Shown here: positions 11,925 to 23,773 of the stretch, in pieces
How positions within the stretch are numbered: position 1 is the stretch's first letter
How the letters are laid out: each line of letters starts with the position of its first letter
Assembly: GCA_016870515.1 (NCBI GenBank)
Contig: VGBL01000005.1
Coordinates: 3,373 to 67,372 of the forward strand
DNA: 64,000 nucleotides
Reading direction: 5' to 3'
DNA from: Actinomycetota bacterium
GTDB lineage: Bacteria; Actinomycetota; Actinomycetes; S36-B12
Program-made: the position numbers and the translations under genes
Notes under the pieces: model-generated
What the model saw: only the letters and a program-made list of their open reading frames with translations
The model's database searches: none
Told to the model about the DNA's origin: nothing

Positions 11925-12781
11925 ATGTACTCCTCGAGCGGGGCGGGCGTCAGGCCCTGTTCGCGGCCCAGGTCGAGGATCGTCTGGAGCGACTGCGCCA
12001 GGTTATCCTGCCAGTGCAGGAGCACGATGTCACCGGATCGAATGGGTGCCTCCCAGTACTCCACCTCGCCCCCGTTGCTGACGACGACGTTCCACAGCAC
12101 GATGCGATTAATGCCGCACTGCTCGGCGTACTTGAGCACGTTGGGCTCATCGGGACCGGCGCCATAGGGCGGGCGGAGCATCCACGGTCGGTATCCGAAC
12201 TGGGCTTCGAAGCGGTCCTGCGTCTCGCAGATTTCCCACTCGACATCTGTCGTCGGATCATTGAGTGCCCCATGCATCATCGTGTGATTCTGCACCGAGC
12301 CGCGGAAGGCGGTGACGTCGTTGAAGTAGTCGGTGTGATCGCGCACGGCAAACTCGGTCAGGAATGCAGTGACGGGAATCTGCTGATCCTGGATGAGCGC
12401 GAGCGCCTCGGGCGAACGGTCGAACCCGTCATCGATCGTGATGAAGAACACAGGATCGTCGGTCTCGACCCAGTTGAGGATCTCGACATCGCTGTCGCCG
12501 AGATTGGTCTCGCTGCGGTCGGACTGGCCTTGTTGAAGGGTCTCGCTACCGCCCGACATCGCCTCGATGTAGGGATCGATAGTGGATGGTGTCGCGGAGG
12601 GGGACGTGCTTACCGGTGTCGACGCAGGCTCGACCGTTGGCGCTGGCGCGGGTGCCGTGCTCGCGGCCTGAGCGACGGGCTCGGCTTCGCCCCCGATGGG
12701 CGCCATGCCGGCGAGGAATCCCGCGGTGGCGGCAAAGGCAAAGGGCAAGCCGATTACGACGGCGATCGCAGATCCGCGCAT
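11921..12781 (-). CDS. Secreted or membrane-anchored polysaccharide deacetylase (NodB homology domain)
   Basis: FITIDDGF...HTMMH...LRPPYG motifs. Start trimmed to the ATG at 12781 (MRGSAIAVVIGLPFAFAATA signal) behind a GGGGAG SD; the track start is 12808. Confidence 0.8.
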   Translation of the reverse strand: MRGSAIAVVIGLPFAFAATAGFLAGMAPIGGEAEPVAQAASTAPAPAPTVEPASTPVSTSPSATPSTIDPYIEAMSGGSETLQQGQSDRSETNLGDSDVEILNWVETDDPVFFITIDDGFDRSPEALALIQDQQIPVTAFLTEFAVRDHTDYFNDVTAFRGSVQNHTMMHGALNDPTTDVEWEICETQDRFEAQFGYRPWMLRPPYGAGPDEPNVLKYAEQCGINRIVLWNVVVSNGGEVEYWEAPIRSGDIVLLHWQDNLAQSLQTILDLGREQGLTPAPLEEYI

Positions 12782-12887
12782 GTGGCTACTCCCCGTTAGG
12801 ACGCCCATTCAGGCCCCTGACGCCCATTAAGACCCCTTTTGAGCATACCTTCGCCGGTCGACGGAAGGCGGTCAGCGACCCTCGTCT

Positions 12888-13928
12888 TCAGGTAAGCACC
12901 GTCTCGACGGGGAGCGAGGAATCCGCACCGAACCCGAGAGATGTCGGGGGCGCATTTCGGGCGACGAGTGCCACACCGAGCGAGGCCACCATGGCTCCGT
13001 TATCGGTGCACAGTCGCGAGGGGGGGACGCGCACATCGAGGCCCCCGGCGCGCTCATCGAGCAGCATGCGCAGACGCGAGTTGGCGGCGACGCCTCCGCC
13101 GACCACCAGTGTGTCGATCCCCTCGTCGCGGCAGGCTCGCACGGCCTTGCGCACGAGCACGTCGACCACCGCCTCCTGGAAGGACGCCGCGACGTCGGCC
13201 CGAGGGATGTCGATACCCTCGCGACGACATGCCTCGAGCCACCGCACGACGGCTGTCTTCAGGCCCGAGAAGGAGAAGTCATGGCGATGGGCGACCTCGT
13301 CCCGGGGCCGGGTGAGGCCGCGGGGAAAGTCGATCGCCGCCGGGTCACCTCCACGCGCCAGCGCGTCGATCGCCGGGCCGCCGGGGAAGGACAGGCCGAG
13401 AAGCCGCGCCACCTTGTCGAAGGCCTCCCCTGCCGCGTCGTCGAGCGTCGCACCCAGCGATTCGACATCGCATGTCACGTCATCTACGCGCAGAAGCGAC
13501 GTGTGGCCGCCCGACACCAGCAGGGCGATGGCGGGCTGGGGAAGCTCTCCGTGCGCCAGACGGTCGACGGCAACGTGCGCGGCCAAATGGTTCACGCCAT
13601 ACAGCGGCCGATCAATGGCCAGCGCGAGGCCCTGGGCCGCGCTGATGCCGACGAGCAGCGCACCGGCGAGGCCAGGACCGGCCGTGACCGCGATGGCGTC
13701 CACGTCGGTCACCCGAGCGCCGGCCTCCGCGCAGGCGCGCGCCAGCGTGGGAGCGAACGCCTCCAGGTGGGCCCGGCTCGCCACCTCCGGCACGACGCCG
13801 CCGAAACGAACGTGCTCCTCCACGTTCGAGGCGACGACGTCCGACAGTAGGGTCCGGCCCCGCACGAGGGCTATGCCCGTCTCGTCGCACGAGGTCTCGA
13901 TGCCCAGCACGAGCGGTTCACTTCTCAC
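12888..13928 (-). CDS. tsaD: tRNA N6-adenosine threonylcarbamoyltransferase
   Basis: 346 aa: [11 protein letters not shown]...[11 protein letters not shown]. Confidence 0.95.
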   Translation of the reverse strand: MRSEPLVLGIETSCDETGIALVRGRTLLSDVVASNVEEHVRFGGVVPEVASRAHLEAFAPTLARACAEAGARVTDVDAIAVTAGPGLAGALLVGISAAQGLALAIDRPLYGVNHLAAHVAVDRLAHGELPQPAIALLVSGGHTSLLRVDDVTCDVESLGATLDDAAGEAFDKVARLLGLSFPGGPAIDALARGGDPAAIDFPRGLTRPRDEVAHRHDFSFSGLKTAVVRWLEACRREGIDIPRADVAASFQEAVVDVLVRKAVRACRDEGIDTLVVGGGVAANSRLRMLLDERAGGLDVRVPPSRLCTDNGAMVASLGVALVARNAPPTSLGFGADSSLPVETVLT

Positions 13929-14376
13929 GTGAACTCCCCCCGTGCCGCATGATCAGGGCATCGAGGCCGGGGCCGTAATAGCCACTGCGGCGCGCGATGA
14001 CCTCGAAGCCATGGCTCTGGTAGAGGGCGATGGCGTCATCGCTATCCGCTCGCACCTCGAGAAGCACCTCGCGGCAGCCCGCAGACTCCGCCATGGCCAG
14101 CAGGTGGTCGAGCATGGCAGCCGCCATACCGCGGCGACGCGCACGAGGAGCGACCGCGATCGTCTGGATATCGCCCGTCGGTGGCCGGATGAGCACGCCG
14201 GCGTACGCGGCCACGCCCTCGTCGTCATCGATGACGACGTATACCCGGTTCGCTCGCGCGAGTTCTCCCCAGAACTGCCCGGCCGACCATGCCGTCGCAC
14301 CGAAGATAGGCTCCTCGATCGCCATGACCGACTCGATATCCCACCAGCGCATCGGACGGACCTGCTGTGCCATCAC
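13918..14376 (-). CDS. rimI: Ribosomal-protein-alanine N-acetyltransferase (GNAT)
   Basis: 152 aa with the GNAT motif [17 protein letters not shown]. Sits in the tsaB-rimI-tsaD context. Confidence 0.85.
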   Translation of the reverse strand: MMAQQVRPMRWWDIESVMAIEEPIFGATAWSAGQFWGELARANRVYVVIDDDEGVAAYAGVLIRPPTGDIQTIAVAPRARRRGMAAAMLDHLLAMAESAGCREVLLEVRADSDDAIALYQSHGFEVIARRSGYYGPGLDALIMRHGGSSREK

Positions 14377-15098
14377 GCGCCGCCCATCACGGATGCGGGC
14401 ACGACGGCGTCGGGGCGGCGCAGGTAGATAGGCACGGGAGGCAGCAGCAGCAGACCACGGCGCGCGCGGTCTTGCAGGATGCGCGCGCTCGCCGTCCCGG
14501 ACTGGCCGGCGTCCTCCTCCGGGAGGTCGACGGTTGCGGGGATCCGCTCGCCCGCAGCGAGGCGCTCCAGGACGACATCGGCCAGGTCGGCGGCGCTCGG
14601 GTACATGACGTGCTGGACCGGCCCCGAGTCACCGACCGCGAGGCTGTCGATCGCGAGATCGGCCTCGTTCTTGATCAGGGGACCGGAGCTCCGCAGGCCG
14701 CGCTCGTCGTATTCGGCCCAGCAAAACTCGGCGCGACGGGCGCGCGTCAGCACCGTCACCGGGACGCCGTGATCACGCACCGCCGCTCGGGCAACGACGT
14801 CGAGGCTGCACACGCCCACGACGGGGATGTCGAGACCCTCACCGATCGCGAGGGCGGTCGCAATGCCGACGCGCAAGCCGGTGAAGGGGCCGGGCCCCAC
14901 TCCGCAGGCCACGATGCCGAGCGCCGCCATCTCAACGCCTGCATCCTCGAGAACCTCGCGAATGAGGGGCGAGAGGGTCTCGACATGACGACGCGCGTCG
15001 ACGACTTGCCTGGTGCTGCGCACACGGCCGTCGTCGCTGACGACACTCACGGAGGTCGCCGATGTCGCCGTATCGATAGCGAGCGCGAGCACGACCAA
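14373..15098 (-). CDS. tsaB: tRNA threonylcarbamoyladenosine biosynthesis protein TsaB
   Basis: 241 aa: LAIDTATSATSVSV...GPGPFTGLRVG. Confidence 0.85.
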   Translation of the reverse strand: MVVLALAIDTATSATSVSVVSDDGRVRSTRQVVDARRHVETLSPLIREVLEDAGVEMAALGIVACGVGPGPFTGLRVGIATALAIGEGLDIPVVGVCSLDVVARAAVRDHGVPVTVLTRARRAEFCWAEYDERGLRSSGPLIKNEADLAIDSLAVGDSGPVQHVMYPSAADLADVVLERLAAGERIPATVDLPEEDAGQSGTASARILQDRARRGLLLLPPVPIYLRRPDAVVPASVMGGA

Positions 15099-15101
15099 AC
15101 C

Positions 15102-15575
15102 CTAGGCGCCGACCAGGGATGATAGGCCGCAGCCCTGCCAGCGTGACCCGATGGCATGGATCACGGCCGATCGGCCGTCGTCGGAGCGTCCGGGCGCCAG
15201 GACGATGTCGAGGCGATCGTCGGAGAGGTGCTCCACGCATCCGGCACCCCATTCGACGACCGTCACCGCGTCATCGACGCCCAGATCGAGGTCGTCGATC
15301 TCCGCCGGGGAGCCCACTCGATAGGCATCGACGTGCAGCAGAGCAGGCCCCGCGGCCAGCGAGGGATGCCGACGGGCGATGACGAACGTCGGGCTCGTGA
15401 TGGGTCCGCGCACGCCGAGCCCCTCGCCGATCCCCCGCGTGAGCGTGGTCTTGCCGGCACCGAGCTCACCGGTGAGGACGACCAGGTCGCCAGACCGCAG
15501 CAGGGGTGCCAGACGCCGACCGAGCTCGACGGTCGCTTCAGGGCCGTCGAGATCGATGGTGACGGACTCGGTCAC
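15102..15575 (-). CDS. tsaE: tRNA threonylcarbamoyladenosine biosynthesis ATPase TsaE
   Basis: 157 aa with Walker A LTGELGAGKTTLTRG and SPTFVI. Confidence 0.9.
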   Translation of the reverse strand: MTESVTIDLDGPEATVELGRRLAPLLRSGDLVVLTGELGAGKTTLTRGIGEGLGVRGPITSPTFVIARRHPSLAAGPALLHVDAYRVGSPAEIDDLDLGVDDAVTVVEWGAGCVEHLSDDRLDIVLAPGRSDDGRSAVIHAIGSRWQGCGLSSLVGA

Positions 15576-16615
15576 GGGCCGGACACGCGCTCGACGAGTT
15601 CAATGACGTGGCGCGTCACCTGCTGATCCGCTTCGAGAGTGAGCATGTGACCCACTCCAGGAAGGATGACGAGTTCGGCGGACGGGACGTGCCGCACGAT
15701 CTCCATGCTGTGGCCCACCGGAGTGAGCAGGTCGGCGTCGCCCACCATGACCAGCAGGTCCGTGCGCTCGAGCACGTCGAGCGCGTGCTCCTTGGTGTGC
15801 GCCTCGAGCGCGGGGAGAAGGTCGGCAAGCACTTCGATGGGCGTGCCGGTGATCAGGTCAGCCACGAGGCGGGTGCCGTCGGGGGGCACGGTCGATCCGA
15901 ACGCGTAGGCGCGGGTGATGAGCAGGCCGAGATCGCTGGACGAGCGCAGCGCGCGCTCGATGAGGCCCGCGACGGGTCCCCCGCCCTCGACAGTCGACCC
16001 GATCGAGGGCGCGACGGCGTGCGCGAGACGGGCGATCGGACGCGGCAGGCCCAACTCGACGTCGGCGATGCCGCCCGCCGAGGTTGCCAGCAGCGCGACC
16101 CCGCGCACACGGTCACCGAAGAGCTCGGGTCGCTGATCGGCGAGAGCCATGATCGTCATGCCGCCCATCGAGTGGCCGACGAGCACAATCGTCTCCTTGG
16201 GCGCGAGGTCGTCGATGATGCAGCCGAGGTCGCGGCCCAGTCGATCGATGTCAGTGCCCGCTGGCCCACGCTCCGAGCGACCGTGCCCGCGCTGGTCCCA
16301 GAAGATGGTGCGCGCCACCGACGTCATGGCCGCACGCTGAGCAGGCCACGAGTCGAGCGAGAGGGCGTACCCGTGGGTAAAGATCACCGTCGGAGCAGTG
16401 CCGCCCGGACCGTCGTCGATGACAGCGTGCAGGCGCGTGCCGTCGTCGACGGTCACGGTGACCGCGACGCCGGGCACGGCTTCGCTGGCCGTGACCTCGT
16501 GGGTCTTGCGCAGGCGACGGGTGATGAGTCGCTCGGCCAGGGCTCCAGCGGCCACGCCAGCGGCGAGCAGCCCGAAGGCGGCCAGCCCACGGGCGGCGTT
16601 GCCCATCGGTGCCAC
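15572..16615 (-). CDS. Alpha/beta-fold hydrolase with an N-terminal membrane anchor
   Basis: 347 aa with nucleophile elbow GHSMGG and HGYAL. Overlaps tsaE by 4 nt. Confidence 0.8.
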   Translation of the reverse strand: MAPMGNAARGLAAFGLLAAGVAAGALAERLITRRLRKTHEVTASEAVPGVAVTVTVDDGTRLHAVIDDGPGGTAPTVIFTHGYALSLDSWPAQRAAMTSVARTIFWDQRGHGRSERGPAGTDIDRLGRDLGCIIDDLAPKETIVLVGHSMGGMTIMALADQRPELFGDRVRGVALLATSAGGIADVELGLPRPIARLAHAVAPSIGSTVEGGGPVAGLIERALRSSSDLGLLITRAYAFGSTVPPDGTRLVADLITGTPIEVLADLLPALEAHTKEHALDVLERTDLLVMVGDADLLTPVGHSMEIVRHVPSAELVILPGVGHMLTLEADQQVTRHVIELVERVSGP

Positions 16616-16643
16616 GACGTCTCCTGTCTATCCGGCGCGGCGC

Positions 16644-17783
16644 TCAGCCGACGTAACGGCGCGGCAGGCGTGCGCCCATGCGCGTGACGATCTCGTAGCC
16701 GATGGTGTCATCCCATGCCGCCCACTCCTCGGCGGTGGGCTCCCCCGACCCTCCGGACCCGAAGACGATGACATCGGCCCCCGCCTCAATGGGCGCATCC
16801 CCGACGTCGACGATGCACTGGTCCATGGCAATGCGTCCGACGACCGGGAATCGATTGCCCGCGATCATCACCTGCGCGCCTCGTGTGGTGCGCGGTAGGC
16901 CGTCGGCGTAGCCGAGCGGCAGGAGTGCGAGCGATGTCTCGCGCTCGGCCCTCCAGCTCAGGCCGTACGACGCACCGTGACCAGCGGGCACACGCTTGAC
17001 ATGCGAGATCCGTGCCCGCACCGTCATAGCCGGGCGAAAGTCCAGGCCGCTGGGCCACGGCGGTCCGATCCCAGGCCCCGGAGTCACGCCGTAGACGATG
17101 ATGCCCGCGCGGACGAGGTCGAAGTGCATGTCGGGGCGCGTGATGATCGCGCCACTAGACGACAGGTGGCGGACCTCCGGAGTCACGCCCAGGGATTCGG
17201 CAGTGGCCAGCGCCTCCTGGAAGGCGGCGAGCTGCTCGTCATTCGCCGGGTGATCGGGCTCATCGGCACAGGCAAGGTGCGACCAGATGCCCACCACCTC
17301 GATGGTGTCACCGTGCGACAGCGCCTGCAGCAGGAGATCGCTCCACTCGGTCGGCGAGCTCCCGCCACGACCCAGCCCGGTGTCGATCTTCAGGTGCACG
17401 CGCGCACGTCGCCCGATCGCTCGGGCCGCAGACGCGATCTCCTCCACGGCCCAGGACGCTCCCGCGCTGAGGTCGATGTCCCGCTCGATACACGCCGCGA
17501 TGCCCGGATCACCGGGCACGATCAGCCACGCCAGGATCCGGCCCTCGTCACCAGCATCGCGCAGGGCCAGAGCCTCGTCGGGCAGCGCGACGCCCAGCCA
17601 TGGCGCACCTGCATCCCGCGCGGCCCTGGCGACCGGAATGGCGCCATGCCCGTAAGCATCGGCCTTGACGACGACCATTGCCTCAGCGCCGGCCACGGCC
17701 GCGGTGACCGTGCACACGTTGTGGCGGACCGCATCGAGGTTGATGACCGCTTCAGCGCGCTCATTGCTCCCGGTCGTGGTCAC
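16644..17783 (-). CDS. alr: Alanine racemase
   Basis: 379 aa with the PLP-Lys motif VVKADAYGHG and a C-terminal beta domain. Confidence 0.93.
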   Translation of the reverse strand: MTTTGSNERAEAVINLDAVRHNVCTVTAAVAGAEAMVVVKADAYGHGAIPVARAARDAGAPWLGVALPDEALALRDAGDEGRILAWLIVPGDPGIAACIERDIDLSAGASWAVEEIASAARAIGRRARVHLKIDTGLGRGGSSPTEWSDLLLQALSHGDTIEVVGIWSHLACADEPDHPANDEQLAAFQEALATAESLGVTPEVRHLSSSGAIITRPDMHFDLVRAGIIVYGVTPGPGIGPPWPSGLDFRPAMTVRARISHVKRVPAGHGASYGLSWRAERETSLALLPLGYADGLPRTTRGAQVMIAGNRFPVVGRIAMDQCIVDVGDAPIEAGADVIVFGSGGSGEPTAEEWAAWDDTIGYEIVTRMGARLPRRYVG

Positions 17784-19312
17784 GGGGCCGTCCCGCGGCG
17801 GAAGGAGGCAATCGCGCCGGGCAGTGCCTCGATGATGTCGAGAGCCGTCACGGGCCTACCGCCCCGCGCGGCGATGGTGCCCGCCGCGCCGTGGATCGCG
17901 ACGCCCGCGGCGGCAATGCGAGCTGCATCATCGTCACCAAGGGGGCCGCGCGCGGCACGCGAGGCGAGCATCGAACTGATCAAGCCGGAGAGCACGTCAC
18001 CACTGCCCGCCGTCCCGAGTTCCGGACCACCTCGAGTGTCGATGAACGCCGTGCCGCCAGGCGACGCCACCACGGTGCCCGGGCCCTTGAGCACGACGAC
18101 CACGTGAAGTTCGCGTGCCGCGCGTTGCGCCGCTCCGAGTCGGTCCTCGAGCGTGCCGGTGCCGCACTCGTAGCCCAGCTCCGCAAACTCCCCCTCGTGC
18201 GGAGTCAAGACCGTGGAAAGGCCAGCGGTGCGCCGCCACTCGAGTGCCGATCGCGCGGACGGCCGATCGAGTAGCCGCAGTCCAGCCGCGTCCACCAGGG
18301 CGGTCGTCGCCGCGGCGAGGACCGCGTCGAGGGTGGCTGTCGCAGCCGGGCCATCACCCAGGCCCGGACCGACTCCCCATGCGGTGATGCGCGGGGACGA
18401 GGCCGGGGCATCCGACGACGTCACGACATCCCAGAAGTGGTCGATGACCGTGGTGGCCACCCCATCGCCCCGGTCGAGGACATGCACCATTCCGGCACCT
18501 CCGACGCGGGCACCGGCAGTCGCCATCATCGCCGCACCCGGGTAGCGAGTGGAGCCAGCAGCAATGCCGACGACACCACGGGAGTACTTGTAGTCATTCG
18601 CGCTCGGCTCGGGCAACTCGGCGGCAACGTCTTCGTCGTCGAGGACGCTGACCGACGCTGGCGGCAGCATCTCATCGAGCCCGATATCGACGAGCATGAC
18701 GGCACCCACATGGTTACGACCGGGTGCGAGCAGGAGACCCGGCTTCAGGCAGCCGAAGGTGACGGTGACGTCGGCATCCACCGCCGCCCGCGGATCGGCG
18801 ACGGCCCCCGTGTCGGCGTCGACGCCGGAGGGGATGTCGACAGCGACAACGAGCGCCCCGCCGTCGATGGCGGCATGGACAAGTTCATCGGCCGGCGGCC
18901 GCAGCGCGCCTGTGCCACCGATGCCCACGATGCCATCGACGACGAGGTCGGCATCGACGAGGAGCTCCGAGGCGGCAAGCGTGTCGGACGCCGACACGAT
19001 CCGGCCCCCCGCCGCGACAAGGGCGTCGCCACCACCGTCATGGAAGCGGTCGGCCAGGGCGATCGCATGGACGCGCGCCCCGCGCTCCGCGAGGCACGCG
19101 CCCGCGTGGAGCGCATCGCCGCCGTTGTTGCCGCTGCCCGCGAGGATCACGACGCGCGCATGCTTGACGCCGGGCCCGGCATCAGCGAGCAACGCGGCAC
19201 AGGTGTCGGCCAGACCCGTCGAGGCACGCTCCATGAGCGCGCCATCCGGAAGAGTCGCCATAAGGCGTTCTTCGGCCTCGCGCACCTGTGCCACGGAGTA
19301 CACGCCGTTCAC
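17780..19312 (-). CDS. nnr: Bifunctional NAD(P)H-hydrate epimerase/dehydratase
   Basis: 510 aa. N-terminal YjeF_N (GSGNNGGDAL) plus a C-terminal carbohydrate-kinase-like domain (GTAGSGDVLSG). Confidence 0.85.
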   Translation of the reverse strand: MNGVYSVAQVREAEERLMATLPDGALMERASTGLADTCAALLADAGPGVKHARVVILAGSGNNGGDALHAGACLAERGARVHAIALADRFHDGGGDALVAAGGRIVSASDTLAASELLVDADLVVDGIVGIGGTGALRPPADELVHAAIDGGALVVAVDIPSGVDADTGAVADPRAAVDADVTVTFGCLKPGLLLAPGRNHVGAVMLVDIGLDEMLPPASVSVLDDEDVAAELPEPSANDYKYSRGVVGIAAGSTRYPGAAMMATAGARVGGAGMVHVLDRGDGVATTVIDHFWDVVTSSDAPASSPRITAWGVGPGLGDGPAATATLDAVLAAATTALVDAAGLRLLDRPSARSALEWRRTAGLSTVLTPHEGEFAELGYECGTGTLEDRLGAAQRAARELHVVVVLKGPGTVVASPGGTAFIDTRGGPELGTAGSGDVLSGLISSMLASRAARGPLGDDDAARIAAAGVAIHGAAGTIAARGGRPVTALDIIEALPGAIASFRRGTAP

Positions 19313-19319
19313 GCCGGCC

Positions 19320-21170
<1,851 letters not shown>

Positions 21171-21205
21171 GGGTGCCAGGGTACGCGCCCGAGACGCTCA
21201 GCCGG

Positions 21206-22561
21206 TCAGTCGAGGGCGAGGCTCGCCCGGACAGTGGCGGCGATGGCCTCGGCGGATGCGTGAGCGGTCTGCGGAGAGGACGCCTCGACCATCACGCGCA
21301 CCAGCGGCTCGGTGCCCGACGGGCGCAGCAGGACACGACCGCTGTCGCCGAGCTCGGCCTCGACGGCGGCCACGGCTGCGCGTATGTCGGCGCTCTCGCC
21401 CAGACGCGCCTTGTCGACACCCGAGACGTTAATGAGCACCTGGGGAAGACGGGTCATGACGGAGGCGAGCTCGGCGAGGGACGATCTGGTCTCGGCCATC
21501 CTGGACAGCAGGGCCAGCGCCGTCATCAGGCCGTCACCGGTAGTGGCGTAGTCGAGCATCACCACGTGGCCGCTCTGCTCGCCGCCGAGGGTGAAGCCAC
21601 CCTCGAGCATCGCCTCCAAGACGTAGCGGTCACCCACGGCCGTCTCGACGACGTGGACGTCGCGCTCGGTCATGGCGATCCGGAAGCCGAGATTGGACAT
21701 CACGGTCGTGACGACCGTGTCGCCGACCAGCGCTCCGGCCTCACGAGATCCCAGCGCCAGGATGGCGAGGATCTGGTCGCCGTCGACGATCTCGCCGGAG
21801 GCATCGACCGCGAGACAGCGGTCAGCGTCGCCATCGTGTGCGATGCCCGCATCGGCCCCGTGCTCGATGACGGCCGCCCGCAGGTCGTCCATGTGAGTGC
21901 TGCCGCACCCCTCATTGATGTTCAGGCCATCGGGAGACGCATGCAGGGCGATGACGTCGGCACCGGCTCGACGCAACGCCTCGGGGGCCACCTGCGAGGC
22001 CGCCCCATTGGCGCCGTCGACGACGACGCGCAAGCCGTTGAGCGGCGCCCGAACGACGCCGAGGGTGTGGCCGACGTAGCGCGAGTCTGCCTCGTCGAGT
22101 CGGAGTATGCGGCCGACACCAGCGCCCAGGGGCCGATCCCAGGGCTCCTCGAGGCGAGCCTCGATCTGATCTTCGAGGGTTTCGGAGAGCTTGAAGCCGC
22201 GGCTGTCGAAGAACTTGATGCCGTTGTCGGGCATGGCATTGTGCGAGGCCGACAGCATGACGCCCAGGCTCGCCCCCTCGGCAGCGGTGAGATAGGCGAT
22301 CGCGGGCGTCGGGAGCACGCCGGCGAGGAGGACGTCGACACCAGCGCTGGCCAGGCCTGCGACGACGGCCGCTTCGAGGAACTCGCCGCTAGCACGCGGA
22401 TCACGGCCGACCACGGCCGTGGGTCGGCCGCCGCCGGTCGACAGGGCACCGGCATCACCGAGGACGTGCGCGGCAGAGGCGGCGAGGGAAAGCGCCAGTT
22501 CGGCGGTCAGGTCTCGGTTGGCGAGCCCACGCACGCCATCGGTACCGAACAGGCGAGCCAA
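21206..22561 (-). CDS. glmM: Phosphoglucosamine mutase
   Basis: 451 aa: LFGTDGVRG and the active-site [13 protein letters not shown]. Confidence 0.95.
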   Translation of the reverse strand: MARLFGTDGVRGLANRDLTAELALSLAASAAHVLGDAGALSTGGGRPTAVVGRDPRASGEFLEAAVVAGLASAGVDVLLAGVLPTPAIAYLTAAEGASLGVMLSASHNAMPDNGIKFFDSRGFKLSETLEDQIEARLEEPWDRPLGAGVGRILRLDEADSRYVGHTLGVVRAPLNGLRVVVDGANGAASQVAPEALRRAGADVIALHASPDGLNINEGCGSTHMDDLRAAVIEHGADAGIAHDGDADRCLAVDASGEIVDGDQILAILALGSREAGALVGDTVVTTVMSNLGFRIAMTERDVHVVETAVGDRYVLEAMLEGGFTLGGEQSGHVVMLDYATTGDGLMTALALLSRMAETRSSLAELASVMTRLPQVLINVSGVDKARLGESADIRAAVAAVEAELGDSGRVLLRPSGTEPLVRVMVEASSPQTAHASAEAIAATVRASLALD

Positions 22562-22565
22562 GCGA

Positions 22566-23084
22566 TTAGCGCTTGCTGTACTGAGGAGCCTTGCGCGCCT
22601 TCTTGAGGCCGTACTTCTTGCGCTCCTTGGCCCGTGCGTCGCGGGTGAGGAAGCCGGCCTTCTTCAGCGACGGGCGATTGCCGTCGAAGTCGATCTCGTT
22701 GAGCGCGCGGGCGATGCCCAGGCGCAGGGCGCCGGCCTGGCCACCGGTGCCACCGCCGTGGATGCGGGCGATGACGTCGTAGCGGCCCTCCTGGCCCAGC
22801 GAGACGAAGGGCTCGTTGACGAGCTGCTGGTGGACCTTGTTGGGGAAGTAGGTCTCGAGGTCGCGGCCGTTGACGGTCCAGCGTCCGGTGCCGGGGACGA
22901 GACGCACGCGCGCCACGGCCTCCTTGCGGCGACCCGTGGCACCGCCGGGTGCGGTCACGACGACGCGCTCCTTGGCGGCGGGAGCAGCGGAGGGCGCCTC
23001 GGAGGTGTACTCCGAGGGGATCTCCTCGTCGTCGATGAGCTCGGTCTCGGCCGTGGTCACAGTCATTCCTTCCGGGCGTAGCAT
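22566..23084 (-). CDS. rpsI: 30S ribosomal protein S9 (N-terminal acidic extension)
   Basis: ...[17 protein letters not shown]...KAPQYSKR. The start is uncertain (ATG 23084, ATG 23066 or GTG 23060). Confidence 0.9.
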   Translation of the reverse strand: MLRPEGMTVTTAETELIDDEEIPSEYTSEAPSAAPAAKERVVVTAPGGATGRRKEAVARVRLVPGTGRWTVNGRDLETYFPNKVHQQLVNEPFVSLGQEGRYDVIARIHGGGTGGQAGALRLGIARALNEIDFDGNRPSLKKAGFLTRDARAKERKKYGLKKARKAPQYSKR

Positions 23085-23106
23085 CCGCTCGCCTGCTGAG
23101 CGGTCG

Positions 23107-23550
23107 CTACTGCGCGACCTGCGTGATCGAGTAGGGCTGGGGCTTTTGCGCGGCGTGGGGATGATCCGGGCCGGCGTAGACCTTGAGCTTGGACAACTGC
23201 TGACGACCCAGCTTGTTATGCGGCAGCATGCCGCGTACGGCCTTCTCCACCGCGCGGCGCGGGTTGTTGGCCAGCAGGTCGGTGTAGGGGGTAGCGCGCA
23301 GGCCGCCGGGGTAGCCCGAGTGGCGGTAGTCCATCTTCTGCTCGGGCTTGCTGCCGCTCAGGACGACCTTGTCGGCATTGATGATGACGACGAAGTCACC
23401 GGTGTCGACATGGGGAGCGAAGACCGGCTTGTGCTTGCCCCGCAGCAGGATGGCAGCCTGTGAAGCCAGGCGCCCGAGGACGACGTCGGTGGCATCGATC
23501 ACGAGCCACTCGCGGGAGACCTCGCCCGGCTTGGGGGTGTACGTTCGCAC
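23107..23550 (-). CDS. rplM: 50S ribosomal protein L13
   Basis: Trimmed from track ORF 23107..23616 to the GTG at 23550 ((M)[19 protein letters not shown]) behind a GAAGG SD. Confidence 0.9.
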   Translation of the reverse strand: MRTYTPKPGEVSREWLVIDATDVVLGRLASQAAILLRGKHKPVFAPHVDTGDFVVIINADKVVLSGSKPEQKMDYRHSGYPGGLRATPYTDLLANNPRRAVEKAVRGMLPHNKLGRQQLSKLKVYAGPDHPHAAQKPQPYSITQVAQ

Positions 23551-23625
23551 GTGGACCTTCACTCGCTTAAGGGGGTGCCCAGGAGGCACCCCGGTTGAGC
23601 CCGGGGGCGGGCACAACGACCGCCT

Positions 23626-23655
23626 ACGCTACCGGGGCCCCTGGGAGGGGGTCAA
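23626..23655 (-). promoter_or_regulatory. Putative rplM-rpsI promoter (TTGACC-18 nt-TAGCGT)
   Basis: The minus strand reads AGGGGCCGTTTTGACC...TAGCGT about 75 nt upstream of the rplM start. The same 16-mer occurs upstream of rplJ. Confidence 0.4.
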
Positions 23656-23773
23656 AACGGCCCCTATCCTCCTGACCATCCCCTGGGAACCCACCGCCGA
23701 GTGTGCAGATGTGCCACACACCCCCTCATGGATCGGGGGCCCCGCTGCACACTCGCGGGCATGGATCGGGCGG

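Noticed and set aside
21171-21205. Possible glmS ribozyme upstream of glmS.
   Set aside because: Only about 35 nt separate glmS from the upstream glmM gene, far too short for the ribozyme.
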